From contig JACIXC010000001.1 of the NCBI GenBank assembly GCA_014360655.1, positions 292,715 to 356,714 on the forward strand: DNA of 64,000 nt, in the 5' to 3' direction. The stretch's first letter is position 1; each line of letters starts with the position of its first letter. The notes under the pieces were generated by a model. That model saw nothing but the letters and a program-made list of their open reading frames with translations, was not told the origin of the DNA and ran no database searches. Origin of the DNA: Actinomycetota bacterium. Lineage in GTDB: Bacteria; Actinomycetota; Geothermincolia; Geothermincolales; RBG-13-55-18. Positions 18,329 through 28,004 of the stretch are shown in pieces. The position numbers and the translations under genes are program-made.

Positions 18329-19360
18329 TCATATTATCTCCTGCAGGGGCCTCACCTCGATCATGTCCAGGTTCTCGAAGCTCAGGGGATATCTCCCCTC
18401 CTGGATACCGCGGATGATGTCGGTGACCCTGTCGTTCACCGGGGTGGGAACCCCCACTTCCGCCGACCTGGCCGAGAGATACCCGTTCAGCGTCTCCACC
18501 TCGCAGGGCAAGCCCTTGCGCAGGTCCTGCAGCATGCTGGCGACGAGGTCGCGGTGCCTGCCCCACACCATGCGGATGACGTTGAGCGCGTTCTCCTCGC
18601 TCTCCCTGATGATGTCCAGGAGGATGCCGGGATCCACGCCCTGCATGGGCTCCATGGTTATACCCAGGGCACGCGCCGTCTTGATGGTCTCCACGATGAT
18701 GGACGTCGCCGCCACCAGGGCCTTCTCGTTGTCGAGGATCTCCCCATAGGTGCAGTTAAGGGCCGCTCCGACGCCGCTGAAAGATACGTTGGCCATGAGC
18801 TTGGTCCAGCGTATACCGGCCAGGTTGGTGGTGATCTCCGGCTTTCCGGCCTTCTCGAGGATGGCCTTGATCGCCTGCAGCCGTTCGGTCACCGTGCCGT
18901 CAAGCTCCCCGATATCGTAGGTCATGGCCTCCGTCTCGCTGGTCAGCTCCGACACCCCGGGCTCCAGGAGGGTGGCCCCCCAGCCGATGGCCCCTCCCAG
19001 TGTCCTCTCCCTCCCCACCACCGCGGCGACCCTGTCTTCGGGAACGCCGTTCTGCAGGGTGATGACGGCGCTCTCCTCCCCGATGTAAGGGAGGATCTCG
19101 GGGAGGGCAACGTCGTCGTAGGTGGTCTTCACCACGTAAATGACCAGATCGTATATCCCCTGCATCTCCGCTGGGGTTATGGCCCGCACCGGCACGGTCA
19201 GTTGCATGTGACCGGTTACACGCGCCCCCTTCTCGTTCATGGCTCTCACGTGGGCCTCGTTCACGTCCACCAGGACGATGTCCTCCCCTCCCCGCGTGAG
19301 CAGGGCGCCGATGACGGTGCCCATGGAGCCCGCTCCCACCAGAGCTATCCTCATATCCAT
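18329..19360 (-). CDS. panE: 2-dehydropantoate 2-reductase (ketopantoate reductase family)
   Basis: GAGSMG Rossmann motif, LQNG, WTKLMAN, SMLQD and E..LNG motifs. Confidence 0.85.
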   Translation of the reverse strand: MDMRIALVGAGSMGTVIGALLTRGGEDIVLVDVNEAHVRAMNEKGARVTGHMQLTVPVRAITPAEMQGIYDLVIYVVKTTYDDVALPEILPYIGEESAVITLQNGVPEDRVAAVVGRERTLGGAIGWGATLLEPGVSELTSETEAMTYDIGELDGTVTERLQAIKAILEKAGKPEITTNLAGIRWTKLMANVSFSGVGAALNCTYGEILDNEKALVAATSIIVETIKTARALGITMEPMQGVDPGILLDIIRESEENALNVIRMVWGRHRDLVASMLQDLRKGLPCEVETLNGYLSARSAEVGVPTPVNDRVTDIIRGIQEGRYPLSFENLDMIEVRPLQEII

Positions 19361-19556
19361 CCCTCCCTCGCTCGCGACACGGACCTCCCGTCTTTAACTT
19401 CCGCCCCTTCGGCCGGCCTCCCTCCCGTGAAGTAACGCGCCCGTGTCTCCTTCTCTCGTGCCACGCTCATATTATAAGCGTATGGGCGCCCCGGGCGCCC
19501 TGTGCGTCGCCCGCGGCCGCGTTCCACCCCGGCGACCGCCCGGCGATGCAATGCCG

Positions 19557-19603
19557 CGTGCTGCGACCGTTGCGATGGCACGTGCTGCGACCGTTGCGAT
19601 GGC
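19557..19603. repeat. 24-bp tandem repeat x2 in a divergent intergenic region
   Basis: CGTGCTGCGACCGTTGCGATGGC occurs twice. Confidence 0.85.
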
Positions 19604-19690
19604 GCGCCGCCGCAGAAGCGCGCCTGCTGCGTGACCGCGCGGCCGCGTTCCTTCCCATCTGGTAGAATCTTTTTACGGAGGTGGGAACAG

Positions 19691-20341
19691 GTGAAGCTTC
19701 GCGGGACCCTTCTCCCGACGATCGTTTTCCTCATTGCCGCATCGCTACTGGCATTTCCAGCCGGCGGATGCCTCGGCGGCAGCGTTTCCGGCACGCAGGA
19801 ACGCAACGCCGAGGACAGCGCGCGCCTGGCGCTGGAGCTCGCGGAGCACGTGCGGTACGTGAGGGACAACGCGTCCCAGCTCGCCTCCCTGATCCACAGG
19901 TACATAAACGAGGAGAGGAAGAAGCGCGGCCTGCGCGACCTGCAGTGGGACCAGCAGCTGGCCCAGATCGCCTACGCCCACAGCAAGGACATGTCGGACC
20001 GGGACTACTTCGACCACGTCAGCCCGGAGGGCGAGGACTTCTCCGCCCGCTACCGCAAGAACGGCTACACCCTGCAGACGCGCGTGGGGGACCAGGTCTA
20101 CGTGGGAGGGGAAAACCTCTTCCTCAACAACGTGGTGGCCTCCTACACCTACGACCAGCTCAGCGGGGAGGTGCTCTCCTATACGTTCAACGACCTCGAA
20201 AAGCTGGCACGCTCCACCGTGGACGGCTGGATGGACAGCCCCGGACACCGCGAGAACATCCTCACCCCCTTCTCGCGAGAGGGGATCGGCATCTTCGTCA
20301 ACGGCGAGGGCGAGGTCTATATCACGGAGAACTTCTCATGA
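19691..20341 (+). CDS. CAP (SCP) domain exported/lipoprotein
   Basis: INEERKKRGL, HSKDM...YFDH, GENL, WMDSPGHRENIL; signal sequence ending AGGC. Confidence 0.88.
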   Translation: MKLRGTLLPTIVFLIAASLLAFPAGGCLGGSVSGTQERNAEDSARLALELAEHVRYVRDNASQLASLIHRYINEERKKRGLRDLQWDQQLAQIAYAHSKDMSDRDYFDHVSPEGEDFSARYRKNGYTLQTRVGDQVYVGGENLFLNNVVASYTYDQLSGEVLSYTFNDLEKLARSTVDGWMDSPGHRENILTPFSREGIGIFVNGEGEVYITENFS

Positions 20342-21564
20342 ACCAGGCTCGAGGGTTGCAAGCGCATGCGCCTGCCGCCGGGGATGACCACGGCGAAAGG
20401 CTGCTGGTCAGGGATTTCGTGCTCGTGTGCGTCAGCAATTTCCTGGCATTTTTTTCTATATACATGATCATCCCCGTGCTCCCCGTCTTCCTGGAGGATA
20501 GGGGCTACAGCAATGCCCTCATCGGGGCCATCATGTCCATGGCCACGGTGGCCGCCCTGCTGCGCCCCATGCTGGGGCGAGCAGCGGACCGGCATGGCCG
20601 CAAGCTCGTCTTCGCCTGGGGGACCGCCTTGCTGGGGGCCTCCACCTTCCTCTACGCAGCCTTCGGGTCCGCCCTCCCCCTGTTCATCATCCGTTTCCTC
20701 AACGGCCTGGGCCTGGCAGCCTTCCATACCGCGGCCTACGCCATGGTGGGCGACCTGGCTCCTCCGCGGCGCCGCCTGCAGGCCATCGCCCTCTTCTACA
20801 TATCCGTCGACGTGACCATCGCCCTGGCTCCCCTGGCCGCGGAGGCCATGAAGGAGAGCTGGGGCTTCACGCCCCTCTACCTCGTCGCGGGATCCGTCGC
20901 CGTGCTCTCCTTCCTCTCCACGCTGATAATCCGGGAGAGCGGTGCGCAGGGCGAAGGAACGGGCCCCGGCAGGGAGCGCCACGCACGCATCACGAGCCTG
21001 CAGCGGGCCATATACACGGCGGTACTGGGATTCACCATGACCTTTGGCGCCCTGCAGACCTTCATCGTCCTCTCGTCGCTGGAACACGGCATCGAGCAGG
21101 GCGAGCTCTTCTTCACGGTCTTCGCCGCCACCCTCATCGTGTTCCGGTTGGGCGTGGGGAAGAGGGCGGACCGCATCTCCCGCCGACCCCTCATCCTCTT
21201 CTCCGCCTTCGTGACCCTTGCCGGGCTGATCGTACTCGCCTTTTCCGCCAACCTGGCCCTGCTCATCCTGGGAAGCTTCATCTACGCCGTCGGGTTCGCC
21301 TACCTGCCCACCACCCTCTCCGCGCTACTCCTCGACCACACCCCGCCCGATTCCAGGGGCCTCGCCCTGGGGATATTCATGGCGGTCTTCGACGGCGGCA
21401 TCGGCCTGGGCGGCATCGCCCTGGGCCCCCTCGCCGACCTCTGGGGATACGCAGCGATGTACGTGACAAGCGGTTGTCTTGCGGCCGCAGGCCTCCTCTA
21501 TTTCTACGCGCGGACATCGGGACGGCTCGAGGCATCCGCTGAGAAGGCTGGCGTGGAGGGCTAG
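20338..21564 (+). CDS. MFS transporter
   Basis: About 12 hydrophobic helices; GRAADRHGRK motif A; ATGA overlap with the CAP gene. Confidence 0.9.
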   Translation: MNQARGLQAHAPAAGDDHGERLLVRDFVLVCVSNFLAFFSIYMIIPVLPVFLEDRGYSNALIGAIMSMATVAALLRPMLGRAADRHGRKLVFAWGTALLGASTFLYAAFGSALPLFIIRFLNGLGLAAFHTAAYAMVGDLAPPRRRLQAIALFYISVDVTIALAPLAAEAMKESWGFTPLYLVAGSVAVLSFLSTLIIRESGAQGEGTGPGRERHARITSLQRAIYTAVLGFTMTFGALQTFIVLSSLEHGIEQGELFFTVFAATLIVFRLGVGKRADRISRRPLILFSAFVTLAGLIVLAFSANLALLILGSFIYAVGFAYLPTTLSALLLDHTPPDSRGLALGIFMAVFDGGIGLGGIALGPLADLWGYAAMYVTSGCLAAAGLLYFYARTSGRLEASAEKAGVEG

Positions 21565-21687
21565 ACCGGGAGGGTCATTGTGGCCGTTCCCCACAGGCGT
21601 TAAACTAACCCCATCAACATGCCATACGGCAGCGCGGGCAGGCAGGGTCAGCGGTCTTTCGCTGTCCGGGGAAGAGGGAGGTACGCC

Positions 21688-22512
21688 TTGGCGGTCGCTT
21701 ACAGTGAAAGATCGGTCGAGGTCAACGGACTGGAGATATACTACCGCGAGTACGGTCCCGGCGATCGCTCCCGCGAGCCGCTGCTGCTCATCATGGGCCT
21801 GAGCGGCAACGCCGACTGGTGGGACCCCCTCCTCCTGGAACTCCTGTCGCAGCGCTTTCACGTGGTCACCTTCGACAACCGCGGAGCCGGCAGGTCGGGC
21901 AAGCCGTCTGGACCTTATTCCATCGCGCAGATGGCGGAAGACGCGGCGGGCCTCATGGACCACCTGGGCTGGGCCTCTGCACACGTGCTCGGGATGTCCA
22001 TGGGGGGGATGATCGCCCAAGAGCTCGCCCTCCAGTACCCCGACCGCGTCAGGAAGCTCGTGCTGCTGGTAACCACCTGCGGCGGCAGGGAACACGTGCA
22101 GCCCGGACAGGAAGTCCTGAAGATGCTCCTCCCCGAGGAGGGCATGAACCTCGAGCGCATGGCCGAGACCACCTTAAAGCTGCTCTTCCCCCAGTCCTTC
22201 ATCGACGCGAACCCGGTGGCCGCGGAGGAGATGAAGCGAGCCGTGCTCAGGGCGCCTATTCCCACGCGGTGTTTCCTCGCCCAGTTCAACGCCATCGTCA
22301 CCTGGTCGGACTTCCCGCGCCTGAAGGATATCCGGCAGGAGACCCTTATCATCACCGGATCGGAGGACATCCTGGTCCCGCCCGAAAATTCTCGTATCCT
22401 GGCGAGGGAGATACCGAACAGCCGCCTGCTGGAGTTCCCCGGCGGAGGTCACGGCCTCATAGGGCAGTTTCCGCGGGAGGTGGCGGAGGAGGTCATCGCT
22501 TTCCTGGCCTGA
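21688..22512 (+). CDS. Alpha/beta fold hydrolase
   Basis: DNRGAGRS, GMSMGG nucleophile elbow, GSED and GGHG; TTG start after GGAGGT. Confidence 0.9.
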   Translation: MAVAYSERSVEVNGLEIYYREYGPGDRSREPLLLIMGLSGNADWWDPLLLELLSQRFHVVTFDNRGAGRSGKPSGPYSIAQMAEDAAGLMDHLGWASAHVLGMSMGGMIAQELALQYPDRVRKLVLLVTTCGGREHVQPGQEVLKMLLPEEGMNLERMAETTLKLLFPQSFIDANPVAAEEMKRAVLRAPIPTRCFLAQFNAIVTWSDFPRLKDIRQETLIITGSEDILVPPENSRILAREIPNSRLLEFPGGGHGLIGQFPREVAEEVIAFLA

Positions 22513-22618
22513 AGCCGCTCGTTTCTGGCCCAGAATCTCTCGTTTCTGGCACAGACTATATTCACCCCGCCTGCGGGCGCGCCTGCCCGCCCCGAAAAGC
22601 TCCTTTTGCTCTCGGACC

Positions 22619-23025
22619 TGTCATCGCGAGCGTCCTTACCTGTCATCGCGAGCGTCCTTACCTGTCATCGCGAGCGGAGCGAAGCAATCTCAAAGAAGCA
22701 TGTCATCGCGAGGAGGGGTTTGAATGTCATCGCGACGTCCTTACCTGTCATCGCGAGGAGCGGAGCGACGAAGCGATCTCATCCGGAAAAAACGTCTCCG
22801 CCGTGAAGGCGCTGCCGGGCAACATGTCCCATTATGCGTACGAGATTGCTTCGCCGGCGCTTCGCGCCTCCTCGCAATGACATTCTGAAGAACACGCCTT
22901 CGCGCCTCCTCGCAATGACATTCTGAAGAACACGCCTTCGCGCCTCCTCGCAATGACATTCTAAAGAACACGCCTTCGCGCCACCGTGCCATGACTTTCT
23001 TGTAACGCGCGACCACGCGATGACA
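22619..23025. repeat. Array of palindromic REP/RPE-like elements, including a 38-bp tandem repeat
   Basis: Six TGTCATCGCGA-starting units on the left; inverted GAGATTGCTTCG...CTCGCAATGACA units on the right; 38-bp unit at 22861, 22899, 22937 and a partial copy at 22975. Confidence 0.9.
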
Positions 23026-23051
23026 TCGTTTGATTCAGCCCAGCATGTGCG

Positions 23052-24248
23052 CTAAGCCTGCCCCTCCATTTTCCTCAACCGCAGGGTGGGCACCTCCTCG
23101 CAGGTGATCACCTCCTCCAGCCGTGCCCTCCGCGACTCGTCGAGGGAACCGCTGGAGAGCAGGGAAGCGAGCTTCTGCGCGTTGAGGACGCTGACTTTTT
23201 CCCACACGCCCTCACGCTTGAGCGCCTCCTCCACGGCCTCCCTTTCCGCGCTGCCGGGAGGCGGCAGCTTCGGTCTCATCTCGCGCCTTATGCTCAGGAC
23301 CTTGAAGCTGCCCCGGATGTTGTCCACGCCGTGGAAGTCGGCGAACTCCAGCAGCTCCCGGCGCAGCAGCTCTATCTGGTCCTCCGCCTCTTTCTTTCTC
23401 GCCTGCCACTCCGCGTACTGGTCCACGAGCTGTATGCCCCTGTCCATCCCCAGCTCGCGCACGGGGAGGGAGGCGGTCATGAAAAGGTGCTTGCGCCTGG
23501 GGCAATACTCCTGAAACTCGCACCACTCGCAGAGCTCGCTCTCCCGTGGTGGAAATTCCTGGGAGCTCTCGATGCGCTGCACCACCTCCACGGCTGCGGC
23601 GGCCACCCCGTCAAGGTCGCGCCGCTCTCTCTTCAGGCGCAGTTCGCGCCCGAAGACCAGGTAGTGCCAGACCAGCTCCACCTCCCGGGCATCGGGGAAG
23701 GCCTTCTCCACGGCGAGCTGGTAGAGGCTGAGCTGCCGGTCTTTCTCCAACTGTTCCCGGGTGGGCAGTGTCTGGGAGGTCTTATAGTCATGGATCTCGT
23801 AGCGTCCTTCCTCCAGCCCGTCCAGCCTGTCCAGGACTCCCACGAAATCGATCTGCCTTCCCTCCGCGTCGTAGAGGGGAATCCTGACCATCTTCTCGAG
23901 CCAGATGGGGACACCGCCGGTGAACGGGTGATAACGGGCGTAGTATTCCTGCACGCAGCGCAGGCCCGTTTCCCGGTAATCCTCGGCCCGGTACTCGCTC
24001 CTCACGATGAAGATGTCGTCACCGAAACCGGCCTCCCACTGGTCGAGGAAATACCTGCCCACCTCCTCCGGACCCGGCAGGCGGGACATGCGGAGGTCCC
24101 TGTACAGCTTCTCCAGCGTGGCATGGACCACGGAGCCCATGAAAGCTTCGATGCCGCGCCGGCCCGCCTTTATGCGCTCCAGGTATTGCAGCCTGTACTT
24201 GAGCGGGCAGGCCTCGAAGGTCTCCAGCTGGCTGTGCGAGTAAGTCAC
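23052..24248 (-). CDS. PD-(D/E)XK nuclease, RecB/AddB/Cas4-like, with Fe-S ligands
   Basis: YSHSQLETFEACPLKY, GVLDRLD, DYKT, QLSLY, CEWCEFQEYC; GGAGGTG RBS before GTG. Confidence 0.88.
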   Translation of the reverse strand: MTYSHSQLETFEACPLKYRLQYLERIKAGRRGIEAFMGSVVHATLEKLYRDLRMSRLPGPEEVGRYFLDQWEAGFGDDIFIVRSEYRAEDYRETGLRCVQEYYARYHPFTGGVPIWLEKMVRIPLYDAEGRQIDFVGVLDRLDGLEEGRYEIHDYKTSQTLPTREQLEKDRQLSLYQLAVEKAFPDAREVELVWHYLVFGRELRLKRERRDLDGVAAAAVEVVQRIESSQEFPPRESELCEWCEFQEYCPRRKHLFMTASLPVRELGMDRGIQLVDQYAEWQARKKEAEDQIELLRRELLEFADFHGVDNIRGSFKVLSIRREMRPKLPPPGSAEREAVEEALKREGVWEKVSVLNAQKLASLLSSGSLDESRRARLEEVITCEEVPTLRLRKMEGQA

Positions 24249-24472
24249 CGCGCTTTCACCTCCTGAGAGAATGATACCCCGCACCCATGACAAGTCAGTA
24301 AGCCCCTCGTCTTCCCTCGCCTCACCTTCTCCTGCCCTCCCGGCAGGGCGGGCGACCTTCCCTCCGGGCAAGCGCCGTGGGAGCGAGGCGAACGCGGAGA
24401 TGCGTCAAGAGTCTGCAAGAAAAAAGCGGCGGGCCCGCATCCGGCCCGCCGCCACGTTCTCCCTGGGTCTCG

Positions 24473-25078
24473 TTACGCCTCTTCCAACTCCTTGACCATC
24501 TTCAGCAGCCTCCTGCGGCGTGCTTTCACCACCCCCTTGACCACCCGATACCCGAGGTAGGCGCCGACCAGGTAGGGAAGGACCGGCTTCACTTGCCGTA
24601 TCACCTCCTGGACCTGCCTCTGTTTTTCCTCGGCTTCCTGCCTGGCGATCTCCTGCAGCTCCCCGACGGTCTCCTTCATCTCCTCCGTGGTTCCCTTGAT
24701 CTCCTCCACGAACTCGGATCCCACCACGGGCATCTCCCTGGCGCCCTTCTTTATGGTCTTCACGCCCACTGCTACCACCACGCCTCCGAAGAGAAAGGCG
24801 CCGATGACCACGATGAGCGAGGAGAGCCACAGCCGGTCCAGGGCGATGTTCAAGAGGAGCATCAGCACCGCCAGGATGTACACCGCGGCCACCGCTATCA
24901 CCGAAACCCCGAAGATGGCGATGGCCACCCCTATACCGATGCGCTTGCCCCCCTCCTTAGCCTTCTCCTTGACTTGCTTCCCCTCGGGGCCGCTGAGCCT
25001 GGCGACCTGGCTGCGAATCCTTGCGGTCAAGTGCATCAGGTGCTGCACCCGCGACTTCACCTCGGATATCCTGCTCAC
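24473..25078 (-). CDS. Phage-holin-family (YhjD/DUF1469-like) membrane protein
   Basis: Two TM helices after a basic N-terminus, coiled coil and C-terminal hydrophobic segment; AAGGAGG RBS. Confidence 0.65.
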   Translation of the reverse strand: MSRISEVKSRVQHLMHLTARIRSQVARLSGPEGKQVKEKAKEGGKRIGIGVAIAIFGVSVIAVAAVYILAVLMLLLNIALDRLWLSSLIVVIGAFLFGGVVVAVGVKTIKKGAREMPVVGSEFVEEIKGTTEEMKETVGELQEIARQEAEEKQRQVQEVIRQVKPVLPYLVGAYLGYRVVKGVVKARRRRLLKMVKELEEA

Positions 25079-25297
25079 GCAACCTCCTTTCTTCGCGTTC
25101 CCCTCCTACCGGCACCGATAGCGAGCGGCGCCGACATCTTCGCCTGCCCCGGCCTCCGTAGCGCCGCGGCGCCGCGTAAATCTCCTCACGTGAGGCCGGC
25201 AAGCCCGGGTATAACTTCGCCCGGGACAGAACGATGACCTTTTCGCCCCTTGCAGCCCACGAGAGGTCCTGTCCAGCCAACCCACGTGCTTCCTGTT

Positions 25298-25399
25298 CCC
25301 GCGGGCCTGTTTCCGGTTTAATGCAACCCAGCTTGCTCAGTCTGCCCCGAACCCTAACGAGGTCCCGGCTTGCGCCCGCGGGCCTGTTTCCAGTTTAAT
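25298..25399. repeat. 25-bp direct repeat x2 (77 bp apart) in a divergent promoter region
   Basis: CCCGCGGGCCTGTTTCC(G/A)GTTTAAT at 25298 and 25375. Confidence 0.8.
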
Positions 25400-25420
25400 A
25401 CCAGAGGGTATAAAAAAGCT

Positions 25421-25834
25421 ATGTCGCAGGGAAACTGGATAGTATTCGTGCACTTCATCGCCATTTGGCTCAGCGTGATCACCAGCCTGGTGGCGGGATG
25501 GTCCCTTTCCATCCACAACTACGTCTCCTTTCCCGTCGGTTGCATGGTCTGGTTGCTGGGGCTGCTGATCAACCTGCGCCAGCTGCGTGATTTCCGCATG
25601 TCACCCACGACCCGTCGCAGGCAATATTCCCAGATCAGCCACCAGAGGATCGCCGCCCGCACCATCATGAACGTGGGCATAGCCCTCGCCTTCCGCTCGT
25701 GGTTCACCTTGCTCGTGGCCGGGCTCCTCATCCCCATGTACATATCCGCGGCCAGGAAACGCAGGGCTTACCTCGATTACCTGCGCACGGGGATGCTCAG
25801 CGACGCCTTTCCCCACCGCGTGAAGCGACACTGA
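25421..25834 (+). CDS. Hypothetical membrane protein (3-4 TM)
   Basis: Hydrophobic helices and GC3-rich codon usage; TATAAA 6 nt before the ATG. Confidence 0.7.
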   Translation: MSQGNWIVFVHFIAIWLSVITSLVAGWSLSIHNYVSFPVGCMVWLLGLLINLRQLRDFRMSPTTRRRQYSQISHQRIAARTIMNVGIALAFRSWFTLLVAGLLIPMYISAARKRRAYLDYLRTGMLSDAFPHRVKRH

Positions 25835-25859
25835 TCCACGGGGCCCGGGGCGAGCGCTC

Positions 25860-27182
25860 TTACCGCTCTCCCTGGTTGTCTCCGGTTATTTCCGGCCAGA
25901 AGCGGGCCACCATGTCCAGGGCCAGGGCCGGCCAGCAGAAATCGGGGATGCGCCTGCCGGACCCGTCCCGCGAGTCGTAGAACTCCCAGAAACCCTCTCG
26001 GAGCACCATCCTCACCACCCGCCGCGTGATCTCCCGCGCCACGTCCCGGTACCCGTACTCATCCAGGGCGATGGCCAGCATCCAGCAGAAGTTAACCCAC
26101 ACGCAGTGGCCGGCCCAGAGGCGGCTCTCCACCCACCTCCCCTCCCTCTCCAGCTCGTCCAGGGGGTTGAAGGGAACAGGGTAGGGGGTGAAGAACTCCC
26201 TTGGGTTCAGGAGGTGGTCCTCGATGAGACGGCCCGCCCTCTCGCCGCCGCACAGGCCCCCGAAGAGGGGCATGAGGGAATCGGCGGTCTTCCTCCTCGC
26301 CAGGCGGGGATCGCGGAAGCCGAAGCGCGGGAAGTAGCAACCCACCGTTTCGTCCCAGCACAGCTCGTCCAGGGCCTCCATCATCGCCCGGGCCCTTTCC
26401 CCATACCGCCTCTCCCTCTCCGCGTCACCCAGCTCGTGCGCCAGCTCGGCCATGCTGCGGCAGGCGCGCACGGTCAGGCAGTTGACGGTGAGCTCCTGGC
26501 ACACGAAGCGGTCGGCCCGGGCCAGCTTTCCGGGATCCCACCCGTGGACGCGGTTGAAGGCGAAGAGGACGGTGGGGTAGAGATCGGAGCGCAGCAGGCT
26601 CCGCATCTCTCCCCTTTCCAGCCCCATGGCGCTGAAGAACTGTGGGGACATGTCCGTCCCCGATTCCCAGGGGTGGAAGATGGTCACCAGGCCGTCGCCG
26701 AAGACGTTCCGTTCCTCCAGGAGGAAGTCAAGGCTCCGGCACATGTTGGGCCACAGCCCCTTCAGCCACCCCCGGTCCCCGGTGCTCTCGTACACCAGCT
26801 GCGCGGCGTAGTGGTAGCTGGGGGGGTCGATCATGTAGGAGGCCCCCCGGCGGTCGAACTCCCAGCGCACCAGCCAGGTCTGCAGGTGGCGCAGGCGGGG
26901 GTGCTCCGTGCGGTGGGGCAGCAGCACCTCGTGGGGGAGGTGGCCGTCCTCCCGCACCTGGCGGAAGAGGGTCTCCAGCTCCCGGGCCGCCTTGCGGGCG
27001 TCGATGTGGCGCATGGCCACGGCGTGGAAGCCGCTGTCCCACCCGAAGAGGGATGGGTAGTGGTGGTAGGAGGGCATGTGGTAGTAGATGTCCCCCTCGT
27101 CCACCTCGTTCAGGGCGAGGACGCGCCCGGATTCCTCCAACAGCCTCCGCCAGTCCTCACGCGTCAGCGGCGCGCGGTCCAT
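25860..27182 (-). CDS. MGH1-like / GH63-like (alpha/alpha)6 glycoside hydrolase
   Basis: YPSLFGWDSGFHA, HPWESGTDMSP, LWAG..WVN and FWEFYD motifs; TGATG coupling to the upstream small gene. Confidence 0.82.
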   Translation of the reverse strand: MDRAPLTREDWRRLLEESGRVLALNEVDEGDIYYHMPSYHHYPSLFGWDSGFHAVAMRHIDARKAARELETLFRQVREDGHLPHEVLLPHRTEHPRLRHLQTWLVRWEFDRRGASYMIDPPSYHYAAQLVYESTGDRGWLKGLWPNMCRSLDFLLEERNVFGDGLVTIFHPWESGTDMSPQFFSAMGLERGEMRSLLRSDLYPTVLFAFNRVHGWDPGKLARADRFVCQELTVNCLTVRACRSMAELAHELGDAERERRYGERARAMMEALDELCWDETVGCYFPRFGFRDPRLARRKTADSLMPLFGGLCGGERAGRLIEDHLLNPREFFTPYPVPFNPLDELEREGRWVESRLWAGHCVWVNFCWMLAIALDEYGYRDVAREITRRVVRMVLREGFWEFYDSRDGSGRRIPDFCWPALALDMVARFWPEITGDNQGER

Positions 27183-27409
27183 CACTGCGCGGGCGGCTCC
27201 TGGTAGGCCGGTACCCCGTACACCTTCTCGTAGGCGCGGCACCAGGGGCAGACCTTGAGACCCGCCTCCAGCTTGACCAGCTGGTAGAAGATGCCCTTCC
27301 CCTTCTTCCTCCCCAGCTTGCATAGGGTGCACTTGTCACGGCAGAAGGCAGCCCTCCGCAAGGTCTTCTCATCCCACTGCCCGCTCTCGACCCTCTCGCC
27401 GCTCTCCAT
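27182..27409 (-). CDS. Small Cys-rich hypothetical protein (75 aa)
   Basis: CRDKCTLC...CPWCRAYEKVYG; GGAGGAG RBS. Confidence 0.75.
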   Translation of the reverse strand: MESGERVESGQWDEKTLRRAAFCRDKCTLCKLGRKKGKGIFYQLVKLEAGLKVCPWCRAYEKVYGVPAYQEPPAQ

Positions 27410-27449
27410 GTCTCCTCCCCTCGGAGTCGCGTCTTCAACCTTCGACCCA

Positions 27450-27481
27450 AGTTTACATCCTTTCCCCGCCTTCCCCGCAAG
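27450..27481 (-). promoter_or_regulatory. Duplicated promoter-like element, copy 1
   Basis: AGTTTACATCCTTTCCCCGCCTTCCCCGCAAG on the + strand (TTGCGG...TAAACT on the - strand); near-identical copy at about 29118. Confidence 0.6.
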
Positions 27482-28004
27482 TCGCAATTCATCAGCATTT
27501 CCGATAATCCGATGATCGGAGGTGTGGCGAATGAACCGGGGGGAGGCCGTAAGGGTGGGCAAGCGCGGGGTAGCTGTTATTCCCGCCTCTCTTCGCAGGG
27601 CCTATCATCTGGATTAGGGTTCTTTGCCGGCAACGGAGCCTTGCGAGGAAAGGATCATGCCCAGACCGGCGATGGTATACCCCGTCGAGATATATGCGCC
27701 GGAGAGGAGGGCGGGGTTCTTCCGTAAAGTCGCAACGGTGCCGGGGCAAGCGGTGGGCGAAACCCGTCTCATATCCCTCGAGGGGAAAGACATTCCTGTT
27801 TTTTCGACCGCCCCTTCATCCAAGGGAACGCACTTCACAACCGGAGCCATTCGCCATTTCGGCGAAAATCTCCGAAAATCGTCGAAGGCGTTCTCATGGG
27901 CGCTCCTGTGGAGGCTATTTGAAAACGAGACGACAACGGCCGAACAAGGAAAACGCCCCCCCTACCGCGCCGTCCCCGGTGTTCATGAGATCTTCGGGAT
28001 GCGC

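Noticed and set aside
22861-22985. 38-bp repeats next to a Cas4-like nuclease as a CRISPR array
   Set aside because: The units are head-to-tail with no unique spacers, and there are no cas1/cas2 or other cas genes
24473-25078. Prophage suggested by the holin-family gene and the excisionase-like HTH at 39500
   Set aside because: No integrase, structural or lysis genes nearby; both families are common in non-phage contexts
27500-28000. Gene or ncRNA in the ~500-bp intergenic stretch
   Set aside because: The ORFs lack an RBS, host codon bias and motifs, and no recognisable RNA consensus is present
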